A stretch of 64,000 bases of DNA from an uncultured Rikenellaceae bacterium (GCA_963770745.1 CAVYRA010000001.1:123020-187019), one strand, 5' to 3'. Shown: positions 50,434-62,553, counted from the first letter of the stretch. The notes: generated by a model not told the origin, from the letters alone. Made by a program: numbers and translations.

Positions 50434-51564
50434 CTACCTGACCGAAAACCGAAAGGTGGTGCTTGACAGAAACGGCTCGTCAGGGGTAAGCACAACCGAC
50501 GGAAATGCTGGCTGGTTCGGACTGTCAGGAAAATGCTGCGTCTCAAGACAGAAGCCGGAGCGGTAGTTGTAAACCTTGCCACCGTGTCCTGTCTGCGTGC
50601 CGTTAAGGAAGTTGCCAGTGTACAGCTGTACGCCAGGCTGATCTGTTATGACTTCCAGCAGTCTGCCCGTTGAGGGATCATAAACCTCTGCATCAACCGC
50701 CTCAACGTTGTCAAGCACATAGTTGTGGTCATAACCCCCGCCAAGAACCAACTGGTCATAAGCATCACCTATCCTCTCCCCAATCAGGTGAGGCGTACGG
50801 AAGTCAAACGGGGTGCCCTCAACCGGTCTTATCTCACCCGTGGGAATGAGCGTCGAATCAACGGGAGTAAAGGCAGAGGCCCTGATCAGGGCTTCATGAT
50901 CAAGGATGTCACCCACACCCGCTCCGTGCAGATTGAAGTATGCATGGTTGGTGATATTGATAACAGTATTCTTGTCAGTAGTCACCTTGTAATCCATAAT
51001 GATCTCGTTGGCGTCGGTCCAGGTGTATACCACCTCCGCAATCACATGGCCCGGATAGCCCTCTTCCATGTCAGGCTTATGGTATGTGAACTTAACGGCC
51101 GGGAAGTCTGTGCCCTTGAGTACCTCAGCATCCCACGCACGGCTGTGCCAGCCGGTGGGTCCGCCGTGCAGGGTATTCGGACCATTATTAAGTGCAAGGG
51201 TATACTCAACTCCGTCGAGAGAAAATTTGCCCTTTGCAATACGATTGGCATACTGGCCCACTACCTTGCCGAAATAAAGGTCTCCCTTGGCATAGCCGTC
51301 AAAAGAATCATATCCGAAGGTGACATTCTCACGCTTGCCGTCGCGGTCAGGCACACTGATCTCAACAATCACTGCCCCGTAATTTGAGAGCTTGATGAAA
51401 TCACCATTTTTATTTGTGAGCGTGTAAAGGAAGACATCCTTCCCTTCAAAGGAGCCGAAGCTTTCAGTAGTAATCATCTCTTTTGCTTTATTATTACCGC
51501 ACGAGGCCATGCCAAGCATGACAAGTGCCATTGCTGATATCAAAAATAGCCGTTGTCTTTTCAT
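50434..51564 (-). CDS. galM: Aldose 1-epimerase (mutarotase), lipoprotein
   Basis: YANRIAKG, LHGG, NITNHAYFNL, GYDHNY and CLETQHFPDSPN motifs, lipobox MASC. Confidence 0.93.
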   Translation of the reverse strand: MKRQRLFLISAMALVMLGMASCGNNKAKEMITTESFGSFEGKDVFLYTLTNKNGDFIKLSNYGAVIVEISVPDRDGKRENVTFGYDSFDGYAKGDLYFGKVVGQYANRIAKGKFSLDGVEYTLALNNGPNTLHGGPTGWHSRAWDAEVLKGTDFPAVKFTYHKPDMEEGYPGHVIAEVVYTWTDANEIIMDYKVTTDKNTVINITNHAYFNLHGAGVGDILDHEALIRASAFTPVDSTLIPTGEIRPVEGTPFDFRTPHLIGERIGDAYDQLVLGGGYDHNYVLDNVEAVDAEVYDPSTGRLLEVITDQPGVQLYTGNFLNGTQTGHGGKVYNYRSGFCLETQHFPDSPNQPAFPSVVLTPDEPFLSSTTFRFSVR

Positions 51565-51636
51565 TGTTACTCTTTAATTAAAGATCACCAAATATACAAT
51601 TTATGTCTTTGCAATGAGGAACCCTGTCCCCCTTAA

Positions 51637-52263
51637 TTATTCAACCGTAAGCACGATAATTGACCCGGCCGGTACCATGACGCTGACCATGTTCTTCTTT
51701 ATCTTTGCATCTTTGAAGGCCTTCGGCTTTACCTCCTCCGGTTTCTCGAAGGTATTGTGAGCCGTCAGTGCCGGTGTGTTCAGAATCCTTCCCGATACAT
51801 CCTTGTACTCGCCTCCGCGAAGGTCAATAAGAATTTCGACCGCCCTGGAGGGATCAATATTTACGATGGACATGTTCACCTTTCCATCCTTATCCCTTGA
51901 GGCAGAGGCGCTGACAGCCGGAAGTTCCTTGCCATCCATCCAGTGGTACTCATCGGCAAAGCATCCGCCCGGCCAGCGCAGGTTGGGTATATGCGTCTTT
52001 TTGAGGGCCTCCACCACATCATTTCTGATTCCCCTGGTGTTCGGGATGGCAGCCCCTTCCCCCACCCAGTAACCTCCATAGATGCACCGCCCGAGGTGCT
52101 CCGAGAAATGACCGTAGATATGCCGGCTGATAGTCTCTGTGCCAAGATCAGTACTGATAATGATGTTTGCCTTACCTGTCTCTCCTGGTGACTGCGCATT
52201 GACAGCAGCGATCATTGCAAAGAGAAAAAGGAGGCTTGTTAAAAGAGTTATGTAATTCTTCAT
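51637..52263 (-). pseudogene. GH51 alpha-L-arabinofuranosidase with large in-frame internal deletion
   Basis: N-terminal [16 protein letters not shown] and [17 protein letters not shown] are fused directly to C-terminal [11 protein letters not shown]...[12 protein letters not shown]. Only 208 aa, catalytic region absent. Confidence 0.85.
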
Positions 52264-52309
52264 ATCCCGGAGTTATTATGTTTTATTCATTTTTCGATGA
52301 CATTTTAAA

Positions 52310-54286
52310 TTAATTCTGTCCCGTATGCGGAAGCCAGACTCTCATCTCTCCCTTGCCCCTGTTGTTCCAGAGATGGTAAGGGATCAGGGTCAGCATAAGA
52401 GGCTCACCCGGGTTTACGGTTCCGTCAGACGCAGTTACAGCCCTGTAACCGGTAGTTTTTATCAAATCGGTTCCGTTCAGCAGTTCCCGGCTGAATTCCG
52501 ATGTGAAAGCCGGCTTCGCAGCAATAAAGAGTTCAAGCACCTTCCCGTCCTGATTATCGGGCCACTCGGCACAGAACATCAGTGGTCCCTTCTGGATGGC
52601 ATATTTACCCGCATCTTCCTTAACCCTGTCATCTGCAACAACAGTCCTGACGGGCATGGGAAAGTAGAGATCAATCCTGTCACCGCTCTCCCACTTTCGC
52701 CTGACAGTGACATATCCGTCAACCAAAGAGAGCTCAGGCACCTCACCGTTCACCAGGAGCGAGAAATCCTCAGCAACCGTATCGGCAAAGGTGTAAAGCG
52801 CACCGGGCATGGCTTCGTTGCGTGCCCATCCCGGGATACGTATGTGCAGGTCAAAATTGCCTCCCTTTTCCGGATTGACCGTCATGGTCACCTTGCCGTC
52901 CCAGGGGTACAGTGTCTCCTGGGTAACCGTCACATCATTCTTCCCGAAACTGATCCGGGCCTCGTTTGATGCGAAGAGGTTCACATACAGGTCATCGTCA
53001 GTGACCGAATAGATATAACCCGGGATTGCCGGGATAAACCTGCATATGTTTGAGGGGCAGCAGGCGCATCCGAACCAGGGTGAACGTGAGTGCCGTCCGT
53101 CGGACTCAAGCGGATTGGGATAGAAGAACCGGTCTCCGGAGAGACTGACACCCGAGAGAGCCCCGTTGTAAAGAGTCTTTTCCAGGATGTCAAAATACCT
53201 GCCTTCGCCGTGCATCGAGAACATCCTGTGGTTGAAAAAGATACTCCCTATGGATGCACAGGTCTCGCAGTATGCGGTCATGTTCGGAAGATGGTACGGC
53301 TCGGCGAAGCCTTCGTTGCCGCCCGAAGCGCCTATGCCTCCGGTTATGTACATCTTCCTGTGAACGAGGTCTTCCCATATCCTGTTGATGGCATTGACAT
53401 AGGCTTCGTCCTTAAGGATTGAAGCCACATCAGCCATGCCTGAATACATATATGTTGCACGCACAGAATGGCCAACCGCCTCAGCCTGGTCAACCACCTT
53501 CATGTGGCTCTGCGCATATTCATCACCGTCGTCGCGTGAGCCGCGGGCATCAAGGAAGAACTTTGCAAGATCAAGATATCTTCTCTCACCGGTGGTCCTG
53601 TAAAGCTTCACAAGACCCATCTCTATCACCTGGTGCCCGGGATAGCTCACAAAGGCATCCCACCCGAAGTCCCTGTCAACCAGATCGGCTGATTTCAGGG
53701 AAATATCGAGCAGTTCCCTCTTCCCGGTGGCCTGATAGTATGCAACGGCAGCCTCATACATATGACCCAGGTTGTACAGCTCATGGCTGAGGATATTGGT
53801 TTTCTCCCATCTCCCGCCCTCAGCCCATTCATGAAGCTTACCGTAACCCATTTCCGCAATTGTGCGGTTGGTGTAGAGGTATCCGTCATCCTCCTGGGCA
53901 AGTCCGATCTTCCATATCAGAGAATCAACATATGCCTCCAGTTCCGGATCGGGGTATGTCTGCAGCGAATAGGCTGCCCCCTCAATAATCTTAGTCACAT
54001 CGGAGTCATCAAAAGGATAGATCGTCTGGAAAGCGCCGGTGTCAAGTGCGCCGGCAATCTCGAAGTTTTTTACCCTGCCGGTTGATTCGCAGTAACCGAA
54101 TGCGATGGGGATGGTCACTTCATGGTTCTTCTCAATCCGCGGTGCCCAGAAGCTGTCAGTCATCTTCACCGAGGTGAAAGGTACAGGCCTGATGGGATAG
54201 TTCTCATCCTCACCCGCACCTGTGCATGATGTCACGACAAGCAAAACGATTGCCGCAACCAATGATATTCTTTCCTTTATCTTCAT
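52310..54286 (-). CDS. GH127 beta-L-arabinofuranosidase, lipoprotein
   Basis: HELYNLGH, GHQVIE, GHSVRA, YCETCAS and WFGCACCP motifs. Confidence 0.92.
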   Translation of the reverse strand: MKIKERISLVAAIVLLVVTSCTGAGEDENYPIRPVPFTSVKMTDSFWAPRIEKNHEVTIPIAFGYCESTGRVKNFEIAGALDTGAFQTIYPFDDSDVTKIIEGAAYSLQTYPDPELEAYVDSLIWKIGLAQEDDGYLYTNRTIAEMGYGKLHEWAEGGRWEKTNILSHELYNLGHMYEAAVAYYQATGKRELLDISLKSADLVDRDFGWDAFVSYPGHQVIEMGLVKLYRTTGERRYLDLAKFFLDARGSRDDGDEYAQSHMKVVDQAEAVGHSVRATYMYSGMADVASILKDEAYVNAINRIWEDLVHRKMYITGGIGASGGNEGFAEPYHLPNMTAYCETCASIGSIFFNHRMFSMHGEGRYFDILEKTLYNGALSGVSLSGDRFFYPNPLESDGRHSRSPWFGCACCPSNICRFIPAIPGYIYSVTDDDLYVNLFASNEARISFGKNDVTVTQETLYPWDGKVTMTVNPEKGGNFDLHIRIPGWARNEAMPGALYTFADTVAEDFSLLVNGEVPELSLVDGYVTVRRKWESGDRIDLYFPMPVRTVVADDRVKEDAGKYAIQKGPLMFCAEWPDNQDGKVLELFIAAKPAFTSEFSRELLNGTDLIKTTGYRAVTASDGTVNPGEPLMLTLIPYHLWNNRGKGEMRVWLPHTGQN

Positions 54287-56256
54287 TATTTTCTGTTTGT
54301 CTGTTTAATCCATACTGTCATCTCTCCCCTGCCCCGGTTGGCCCAGGAATAATAGGGAACCGCCTTCACCTTCCTCTCCTCTCCGGAGGGTGCTTTCGCT
54401 GTGAATGAGAGCGTCCCTACCCCGCCCAGCAGGTCAGGTTCGAAGGCGAATTCCACACTGGTTTCAGGATCGACGGTCAGCTCCCTCACCGGACCGTTGT
54501 CTGCCTCCTCAAGGCAGTAAACCAGCGGTCCCACTCCCAGGGCCACGCTCCCCCTGTCAGCCTCAACCTCATCCCTTGCCTCAATGAACCGTGGTTCCAT
54601 CGGCAAAGTGACAGCCACAACGTCTCCCCTGTTCCATTCCCTCTCAATGACTGCAAAACCGTTGACATGCCTTACCGGAGTTCTTTTACCGTTGATTTGG
54701 ATCCGAATCCCTTTGTCAGGGCGGCCTGTGTATCTGTACAGGCCTCCCGTGAACGGTGCATTACCGGTCCATGCCGGAATGCGTATCCCGAGGCTGAACA
54801 GGCTGCCGTCACTGTCGGGGTCAACACTGATTGTGACATTGCCGCTCCACGGATAATCTGTCTCCTGTTTCAGTACGATCTCTCCGCCGATGGTCGACAG
54901 TCTGGCCTGTGAGCTTATGAAAAGGTTCACATTCACCCCTTCGTCGGACAGTGACCAGACATACTGTTTCAGGGCAGGCATGAAGCGCGCTACATTAACA
55001 GGGCAGCAAGAGCAATCGAACCAGCCGGCACGTTCAAAGCTGCCGTCTGATTCCAGCGGGTTGGGATAGAAGAAGTGACATCCGTCGCCCCCTATGCCTG
55101 ATATCAGGCCGTTGTAAAGAGTACGTTCCAGGACATCGAGATATTTCGCATCACCTGTCGCCCTGTAAAGCCTGTGGTTCCAGAAAACATTTGCCACCGA
55201 TGCGCAAGTCTCAGTATAGGCTGTCATATTGGGCAGCTCATAGGACTCACCGAAAGCCTCGCCCTGTTCTTTCGATCCGATGCCGCCTGTGATGTAAATT
55301 TTGCCCCGGATGACATCTTCCCATATCCGCTGCGATGCTTTTAGATACCGGTTATAGCCGGTTGCTTCAGAGAGATCTGCCATGGCTGTGTACATATAAC
55401 CTCCCCTGACTGCATGGCCTACAGCCTCAGCCTGATCAAGAACCGGCCTGTGCATTTGGAGGTAAACCGAGTCATTGTATACCTCGAACCTGCTTCCTTC
55501 CGGATGGTGTACATAGGCACCCGGCCTGCCCCGCACATCGAGGAAGAACTGTGCCAGCTCCAGCCATTTTCTCTCACCGGTAAGCCTGTATAGCTTGATC
55601 AGACCTATCTCTATCTCCTGGTGGCCGGGGGCAACTTCTCTCTTGTCCCAGCCAAACTCATTATATACCAGTTCCGCATTCCTGAGTGCAACATTTATGA
55701 AGGTATAAGTGCCGGTGGCCAGATGATGCGCCACTGCAGCCTCGTACATGTGGCCGGCGTTGTAGAGTTCGTGGCTGACACGTTCGTCAATCCATCTCTC
55801 CCGACCAGCGCCCGGAGCCATATTGACCGGGTCTATCGTCCGTGTGGTATACAGATAACCGTCCTTCTCCTGGGCAGCAGCTATCAGTGTGACGAGGCTG
55901 TCAACATACCGTCGCAGCTCAGGGTCAGGTGTTTCCATCAGCGAGTAACAGGCTCCCTCAATGATCTTGAAAACGTCAGAGTCATTGTACCGTGCACCTG
56001 TGTGCTTCCCTTTCTTCAGTCGGCCTGCTATGGCGAAATTGTCAATGCGGCCGGTCTGCTCACACTGGCTGAAGACATAGGGAATGGTGCTGACCCTGTT
56101 AAGTTCGATTTTTGGCGACCAGAATTTATCCGTGATAATAACCTCACCCGGTGCAGGCGTTGCCAGCCATTGAATGATCTCATCCTCTTGCGGTGCCGGA
56201 CTGCACGAAGCGGCACACACCACCATTGTCATAATTATCAGATACCTTTTTTTCAA
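54286..56256 (-). CDS. GH127 beta-L-arabinofuranosidase, lipoprotein (second paralog)
   Basis: [27 protein letters not shown] and WFDCSCCP motifs. TTG start overlaps the araB stop. Confidence 0.92.
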   Translation of the reverse strand: MKKRYLIIMTMVVCAASCSPAPQEDEIIQWLATPAPGEVIITDKFWSPKIELNRVSTIPYVFSQCEQTGRIDNFAIAGRLKKGKHTGARYNDSDVFKIIEGACYSLMETPDPELRRYVDSLVTLIAAAQEKDGYLYTTRTIDPVNMAPGAGRERWIDERVSHELYNAGHMYEAAVAHHLATGTYTFINVALRNAELVYNEFGWDKREVAPGHQEIEIGLIKLYRLTGERKWLELAQFFLDVRGRPGAYVHHPEGSRFEVYNDSVYLQMHRPVLDQAEAVGHAVRGGYMYTAMADLSEATGYNRYLKASQRIWEDVIRGKIYITGGIGSKEQGEAFGESYELPNMTAYTETCASVANVFWNHRLYRATGDAKYLDVLERTLYNGLISGIGGDGCHFFYPNPLESDGSFERAGWFDCSCCPVNVARFMPALKQYVWSLSDEGVNVNLFISSQARLSTIGGEIVLKQETDYPWSGNVTISVDPDSDGSLFSLGIRIPAWTGNAPFTGGLYRYTGRPDKGIRIQINGKRTPVRHVNGFAVIEREWNRGDVVAVTLPMEPRFIEARDEVEADRGSVALGVGPLVYCLEEADNGPVRELTVDPETSVEFAFEPDLLGGVGTLSFTAKAPSGEERKVKAVPYYSWANRGRGEMTVWIKQTNRK

Positions 56257-57938
56257 CCTTTTGTCTCTTTTTTTATGAGTTTGAGCCGTTTCATGACATC
56301 ATTTGTGCCGCGGCCAAAATAATCATGCAGTATCCGGTATTCAGCGAAGAGTCTGTCATAGACCTCCGTATTCCGGGTTACCGGTTTGTATGAGTGATCC
56401 CTGACCTTCGCCATGACGGCGGCAGCCTCACGGATGCTATCGAATCCTCCCGCCTCCCTTCCTGCGGCCACTGCCCCGAACATTGCCGAGCCGAGCGCCG
56501 GCGCCTGTGGTGATCCGGAGATTCTGACCTCCCTTTTTATCACATCTGCATATATCTGCATAACGAAGGGATTCTTCTCTGCTATTCCTCCGGCGGCATA
56601 AAACTCTTTCACCGGTACACCGTTCTCTTCAAAGGTCTCGATGATCATTCTCGTACCGTAGGCGGTGGCCTCAATTAGCGCGCGGTATATCTCCTCGGGC
56701 TTTGTCGCCAGGGTCATACCCACAATCATACCGGTAAGATCAACATCGACCAGCACCGACCTGTTGCCGTTCCACCAGTCGAGCGCCACAAGTCCGCTCT
56801 CCCCCGGTTTAAGCCGTGCCGCCTTCTCTGTCAGGAGGGCATGGAGATCAATCCCCCTTGTATCCGCCTCTGTCAAATAGCCGGCGGGGATACAGTTCTC
56901 TGCAAACCACTGGAAATGATCACCCACGCAGCTCTGGCCGGCTTCATATCCGAAAAATCCTTCAATGATCCCGTCTTCAACCACCCCGCACATGCCCGGC
57001 ACCTCCTTTTCCACATCTCCCAGGAGCATGTGGCATGTCGAGGTACCTATTATTGCAAGCATCTTCCCTGATAAGGTGATACCTACGGCCGGGACAGAGA
57101 CATGAGCATCAACGTTGGCGACAGCCACGGCTGTTCCCTCTTTCAGTCCTGTCAGCTTTGCCGCCGCGGGGGAGATGACTCCGGCCTTCGTGCCGACGGG
57201 CATTAGGGTTCGCGAGAGCTTCTCATCAACAAGCTTCTCCATTTTCGGGTGGAGAGCCCTGAAGAATTCATCAGACGGATAGCCGTCATGCTTGTGCCAG
57301 ATAGCCTTGTATCCTGCGGTGCATGTATTGCGGGTCTCCTTGCCTGTGAGCTGCCATACAACCCAGTCGGCGGCTTCAATGAAACGGGCAGTGGCGTCAT
57401 AAATCACCGGATCTTCATTGACCGTCTGCCAGATCTTGGGTATCATCCACTCAGAGGAGATTTTTCCTCCGTAACGCCTGAGGAACTTCTCGCCTCTCTG
57501 CTCTGCAATGGTATTCAGCCTGTTAGCTTCATCCTGTGCAGCATGGTGCTTCCACAGCTTGATCCAGGCATTGGGTCTGCTTTTAAATTCATCAAGGAAA
57601 CAGAGCGGCGTACCGTCAGCCGTCACCGGGAGCATGGTACAGGCTGTAAAGTCAATTCCCACACCTACTATCTGGTCAGGGCTCACCGAAGCCATTTTCA
57701 TCACTTCGGGGATGGTGAAGCGGAACACATCAAGATAATCCTGCGGATGCTGCAGGGCCCAGTCCACTCCAAGGGAAGTGCCATCAGGGAGTTTCTCATC
57801 CATGACCCCGTGAGAATACTCATGAACTGCTACAGCCGCCTCTTCGCCGGTGGTGGTATCCACAAGCACGGCTCTGCCCGAGAGGGTGCCGAAATCTACT
57901 CCGATTGAATACTTATGCATCTTAATGTTTTCTGACAT
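56253..57938 (-). CDS. araB: Ribulokinase (FGGY family)
   Basis: [40 protein letters not shown] and LDWWNGNRS motifs. Start reassigned to MSENIK. Confidence 0.93.
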   Translation of the reverse strand: MSENIKMHKYSIGVDFGTLSGRAVLVDTTTGEEAAVAVHEYSHGVMDEKLPDGTSLGVDWALQHPQDYLDVFRFTIPEVMKMASVSPDQIVGVGIDFTACTMLPVTADGTPLCFLDEFKSRPNAWIKLWKHHAAQDEANRLNTIAEQRGEKFLRRYGGKISSEWMIPKIWQTVNEDPVIYDATARFIEAADWVVWQLTGKETRNTCTAGYKAIWHKHDGYPSDEFFRALHPKMEKLVDEKLSRTLMPVGTKAGVISPAAAKLTGLKEGTAVAVANVDAHVSVPAVGITLSGKMLAIIGTSTCHMLLGDVEKEVPGMCGVVEDGIIEGFFGYEAGQSCVGDHFQWFAENCIPAGYLTEADTRGIDLHALLTEKAARLKPGESGLVALDWWNGNRSVLVDVDLTGMIVGMTLATKPEEIYRALIEATAYGTRMIIETFEENGVPVKEFYAAGGIAEKNPFVMQIYADVIKREVRISGSPQAPALGSAMFGAVAAGREAGGFDSIREAAAVMAKVRDHSYKPVTRNTEVYDRLFAEYRILHDYFGRGTNDVMKRLKLIKKETKG

Positions 57939-57939
57939 C

Positions 57940-58629
57940 TTATTTTTTCTGGCCGTAATAAGAATCGCTGCCATGCTTGCGAAGATAATGCCTGTCAAGC
58001 AGGTGTTTATCAATCTCATGAGGAGGACCAATACTGACGGTCAGTGCAGCAATCCGTGCCACCTCCTCGAGGATCACAGCAACATGCACTGCCTGGGCGG
58101 GGGTCACTCCCCAGGTGAAGGGGGCATGTGAGGTCACCAGGGCTGCCGGCATCGTAAGAGGGTCAACGCCACCCAATGCTTCTGCTATCAGCAGGCCTGT
58201 ATTGTACTCGTAATCTGTCTCCGTCTCTTCAGCCGTCAGCTTCCTGGTAGCCGGGACGGGACCGTGAAAATAGTCTGCATGAGTGGTTCCGAGGCAGGGA
58301 ATCGCCACGCCGGCCTGTGCCCACGCGGTAGCATGAGTTGAGTGCGTGTGTACCACCCCGCCTATTCCCGGGAAGGCTTTGTAGAGAGCCAGATGAGTGG
58401 AGGTGTCCGTCGATGGTTTCAGCGTCCCCTCGATGACGCTTCCGCTGAGGTCAGTGACCACCATGTCATTGACCGTCATTTCATTGTATGACACTCCTGA
58501 TGGCTTGATGACCATCAGTCCTGAAGCCCTGTCAAACCCGCTGACATTGCCAAAGGTCATGATGACAAGGCCATGCTTTACCAGGTCGAGGTTCGCCCTG
58601 AATACATCTTCCTTAAGCTTTTCAAGCAT
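57940..58629 (-). CDS. araD: L-ribulose-5-phosphate 4-epimerase
   Basis: [25 protein letters not shown] and RKHG..YYGQ motifs. Confidence 0.95.
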   Translation of the reverse strand: MLEKLKEDVFRANLDLVKHGLVIMTFGNVSGFDRASGLMVIKPSGVSYNEMTVNDMVVTDLSGSVIEGTLKPSTDTSTHLALYKAFPGIGGVVHTHSTHATAWAQAGVAIPCLGTTHADYFHGPVPATRKLTAEETETDYEYNTGLLIAEALGGVDPLTMPAALVTSHAPFTWGVTPAQAVHVAVILEEVARIAALTVSIGPPHEIDKHLLDRHYLRKHGSDSYYGQKK

Positions 58630-58674
58630 GATAATCTTTTTTAAGTTGTCGGGCCCGCCGTTGCAGAGTCCAGT

Positions 58675-59379
58675 TCAGCTTACGGCAAGGTTGAAAAAGA
58701 AGCCGTTCATGGCCAGCTCCCTGTACTTCTCTTCATTGAACCTGTAATACCAGGCACCTTTCTTTGATGTCTCCTTCTCCTTCTCCTCAAGTTTCTCAAG
58801 AAGGTTCATGGAGAGGATCTTTTTTCTGAAGTTGCGTTTGTCTACCTGTCTCTGATAGATAGCCTCATAAAGATTCTGCAGCTGCACAAGGGTGAATTTC
58901 TCAGGAAGTAGCTCAAATCCCACTGGCCGTACCCTGGCTGTCTTCACCAGGTCATTCAGAGCCCTGTCTACCATCATTCGATGGTCAAAGATCAGGTTCG
59001 GGAGGTCTGTCATTGATCTCCAGTGAGCTCCGTTCTGCCTGCGTATCTCCTGATCCAGTTCATGGATTCCGATGAGTGCGAAGTAGGCCGTTGAGATCAC
59101 CCTGGCACCCGGATCACGGGCAATCTCACCATAGGTATAAAGCTGCTCCATGTACAGGTCAGACAGGCCTGTCAGGCTGCAGAGCACCCGGCAGGCAGCA
59201 TCGTCAAGGCTCTCCCCTTCCTGCACAAATCCACCTGCAAGCGACCATTGTCCCAGTGCAGGCTCAAAGCTCCTCTTTATCAGAAGAAGTTTAAGCTCCT
59301 TGTCTGATATATCATACCCGAAGATGATACAGTCAACAGCAAGGTAATGGCTGGGATGTCCGGAATACAGATGGGTCAT
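58675..59379 (-). CDS. araR: NrtR-family Nudix/wHTH regulator, probable arabinose repressor AraR
   Basis: [34 protein letters not shown] and DKRNFRKK motifs, embedded in the ara operon. Confidence 0.8.
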   Translation of the reverse strand: MTHLYSGHPSHYLAVDCIIFGYDISDKELKLLLIKRSFEPALGQWSLAGGFVQEGESLDDAACRVLCSLTGLSDLYMEQLYTYGEIARDPGARVISTAYFALIGIHELDQEIRRQNGAHWRSMTDLPNLIFDHRMMVDRALNDLVKTARVRPVGFELLPEKFTLVQLQNLYEAIYQRQVDKRNFRKKILSMNLLEKLEEKEKETSKKGAWYYRFNEEKYRELAMNGFFFNLAVS

Positions 59380-60864
59380 AGGCCAATATTAAGATGATAG
59401 TAAATTTCGTTCCACCTGAGTTCCTTCTTAAACTGTCCTATCTCGCACTTGCCGTCAATCAGGACGAATTCCGTGCCGGTCATGGCAGCGAAGTCAGCCA
59501 GGTGCTCAGATGTAAGAGCCTGGCTGAATGAGGTATGATGCGCTCCGCCGGCATAGATCCATGCGGTTGCGGCAGTCTTCAGGTCCGGTTCCGGTTTCCA
59601 CAGTACGCTTGCGACCGGGAGCCTCGGCATGGGCGGGCATTCAACCACATTCATAGTATTGACGATCAGCCTGAAGCGATCGCCCATCTCAACCATGGAT
59701 GCGGCAATGGCCTTACCGGGCCTGGCTTTGAAAACAAGCCTGGCAGGGTCTGCCTTCCCCCCTATCCCGAGAGGATGCACTTCGAGCGCCGGTTTGCCGG
59801 CGGCAATTGAAGGACAAACCTCAAGCATGTGTGCACCAAGGACAGTCATGTTCTTCGGATCGAGATGATAGGTGTAGTCCTCCATGAAAGATGTACCTCC
59901 CTTGAGCCCCTCTCCCATCACCTTCATTGAACGCACCAGGGCCGCCGTCTTCCAGTCGCCCTCGGCACCGAAGCCGTAACCGTCGGCCATGAGCCTCTGA
60001 ACAGCCAGTCCCGGCAGCTGAACCAGTCCGTGAAGGTCTTCAAAATTGGTGGTGAATGCTTTAAACCCTCCCTTCTCAAGGAATGCGCGCATGCCGGCCT
60101 CTATGCGGGCGGCCTCTTTTACGGCCAGGTGCAGAGAGCACCTTTGCCGGAGCCTTGTATTCATCTCCATACTGTTTTACCAGTGCGCTTATCTGCCTGT
60201 CTGACACCTTGCTGACGGCATCAGTAAGGTCGCCGACACCGTAACCGTGCACCTGGTAATCGAGCTTTATCTGAGCAGATACCTTATTCCCCTCTGTCAC
60301 AGCAACATCCCTCATGTTGTCACCGAAACGGGCTACCTTAAGGGAGCGGGCATCGAGCGCCGCCATGGCAGCACGTGACCATGCTCCTATGGCGCTGAGC
60401 ACCTCCTTATCCTGCCAGTGCCCCACAACAACCTTGCGCTCAATCCTGAGCCGCGAGCAGATGTATCCGAACTCACGGTCGCCGTGTGCCGACTGGTTCA
60501 GGTTCATGAAATCCATATCGATCTCAGACCACGGTATGTCACGGTTAAACTGAGTATGGAAGTGAAGCATCGGTTTGTTCAGCCGCTTCAGCCCCGGTAT
60601 CCACATCTTTGCCGGGGAGAAGGTATGCATCCACGCGATAAGGCCGGCACACGACGGGGAGTTGTTGGCTTCAAGGCATATCGAAGTAACAGCATCGGAG
60701 GTAGTCAGTACAGGTTTGAAAACCACCTTCACGGGTATAGAAGCAGACGTGTCGAGCGCAGCCGCAATAGCCCCTGAATCGGAATTTACCTGACTGAGCG
60801 TCTCCTCGCCGTACAGATGCTGGCTGCCGGTGATGAACCACAGTTCAACTTTTTTCTTATCCAT
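59376..60864 (-). pseudogene. araA: L-arabinose isomerase, frameshifted near 60135
   Basis: N-half (GSQHLYG, WMHTFSPAKMW, NQSAHGDREFG) and C-half ([26 protein letters not shown]) lie in different frames. Confidence 0.88.
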
Positions 60865-60897
60865 AGCATTGAAAGTATAATGTAGTTAATTATCCCG

Positions 60898-62553
60898 TTA
60901 ATTCCAGAAATAGGCATAGAATGCCAGTATCACAGCAATTATAAAGCCGGAGGCTATCACATCCCACTTATTCCAGCTGGCACGGGTGATCGCCTTTTGC
61001 TCGGCTGAGGCAGACCCGAGATAGAGCCCGGCGATCTTCCTCTCATCAATCCTGGGGGTAAAGTAGCTGACAATTATCATCGTGACAATGACGATGGCAA
61101 AGTTGATGATCTCATAGTGCAGCCAGTTTGTTTCTACAAAAACCTGGTATATAGAACCGTCCGCGTCAAGAAATCCTTTGAAAACGGTAGCGATCAGGCG
61201 GGCCATGCCGATGGTGAAGCCTGTCAGAAGGCCTGTGAGACCGGCGGCAGGGGTCACTTTCTTTGAAAGTATACCAAGAAGGAATGCTCCGGCGATACCG
61301 GGAGCCAGCAGCGACTGGACATCCTGCAGGTATGCATAGAGCACTTTCCCGATTCCCTTCATGACAGGTATCCAGAGTATCCCGAGGATGACCACAACCA
61401 CAGTAGCTATCCGTCCTACCCTGACAAGCTCTGCCTCGGGTGCCTTTGGCTTGTACTTCTGGTAAAAGTCAATGGTAAAGAGGGTGGCAGAGGAGTTGAA
61501 CAGTGATGCCAGGGAGCTCATCAGTGCAGCAAGAATTCCGCCCACAACCAGTCCTTTGAATCCCATAGGAAGCAGCTCCTTTACAAGTGTCGAAAATGCC
61601 GAGTCGGAACTTGTAAGATGTATCACGCCCTGCTGATTGAGTGCATAGGCAATCATTCCCGGTATAAGGAAGATAAATACGGGGGACAGTTTCAGGAAAC
61701 CCCCGAAAATGGCACCACGGCGGGCCTGGGTCTGGTCGCGCCCCGAAAGTACACGCTGAACAATATATTGGTCGGTACACCAGTACCAGAACCCTATGAT
61801 AGCAGAACCGAGCAAAACGCCGGTCCACGGGTAGGTCGAATCCTTCGGAGATCTGATAAGCTGCGTCATGGTATCACCGAATTCATTGACGGGAACAGCG
61901 CGGCAGATATGCATCAGCTCATCCCATCCGCCCACTTTTATGAGCCCGGCTATCAGCACGGCAATAGATCCTGCAAGCAGAATGGGCGTCTGCAATACTG
62001 AGGTCCAGAGAACAGCCTTCATTCCTCCAAGGGCAGTATAGATACCAGTGATCACAACCAGCCCGATTGCGCTGATCCAGAAGAAATCAATGCCCCAGAC
62101 CGATTCAATTCCGAACACATCTTTAAATACAACTCCTCCGGCATATACGGTGACCGCCACCTTGGTGAGCACGTAGCTTACCAGTGATATAATGGAAAGT
62201 ACCGATCTGGATGCCTTATTATATCTCCTTTCGAGGAACTCGGGCATGGTGAAGACCCCGCTGCGCGCATAGAACGGGACAAACAGCCAGCCCAGCAGAA
62301 GGATGAGCCATCCGTGCATCTCCCAGTGCGCCATGGCCATACCTGATGATGCCCCGGCTCCGGCCAGCCCCACCAGGTGCTCTGACCCTATATTTGAGGC
62401 AAAGATTGAGGCGCCGATTGCAATCCACGTGGCATCACGCCCGGCAAGAAAGTAGTCAGTTGAGGTTTTGCTCTTTGAACGGATGGAAAGAACAATAAAT
62501 ACAACCAGAGCGAGGACAAACGCCCCCAGTACGATCCAGTCAAGTGTTAACAT
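60898..62553 (-). CDS. Sodium:solute symporter (SGLT-like), probable arabinose transporter
   Basis: YFLAGR, FASNIGSEH, WYWCTDQYIVQR and AALMSSL motifs. First gene of the ara operon. Confidence 0.92.
   Translation of the reverse strand: MLTLDWIVLGAFVLALVVFIVLSIRSKSKTSTDYFLAGRDATWIAIGASIFASNIGSEHLVGLAGAGASSGMAMAHWEMHGWLILLLGWLFVPFYARSGVFTMPEFLERRYNKASRSVLSIISLVSYVLTKVAVTVYAGGVVFKDVFGIESVWGIDFFWISAIGLVVITGIYTALGGMKAVLWTSVLQTPILLAGSIAVLIAGLIKVGGWDELMHICRAVPVNEFGDTMTQLIRSPKDSTYPWTGVLLGSAIIGFWYWCTDQYIVQRVLSGRDQTQARRGAIFGGFLKLSPVFIFLIPGMIAYALNQQGVIHLTSSDSAFSTLVKELLPMGFKGLVVGGILAALMSSLASLFNSSATLFTIDFYQKYKPKAPEAELVRVGRIATVVVVILGILWIPVMKGIGKVLYAYLQDVQSLLAPGIAGAFLLGILSKKVTPAAGLTGLLTGFTIGMARLIATVFKGFLDADGSIYQVFVETNWLHYEIINFAIVIVTMIIVSYFTPRIDERKIAGLYLGSASAEQKAITRASWNKWDVIASGFIIAVILAFYAYFWN

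Noticed and set aside
60076..60170. araA as two genuine genes or a programmed ribosomal frameshift
   Set aside because: AraA is normally one polypeptide and no canonical X XXY YYZ slippery site is evident at the junction. An indel, real or from sequencing, is simpler.
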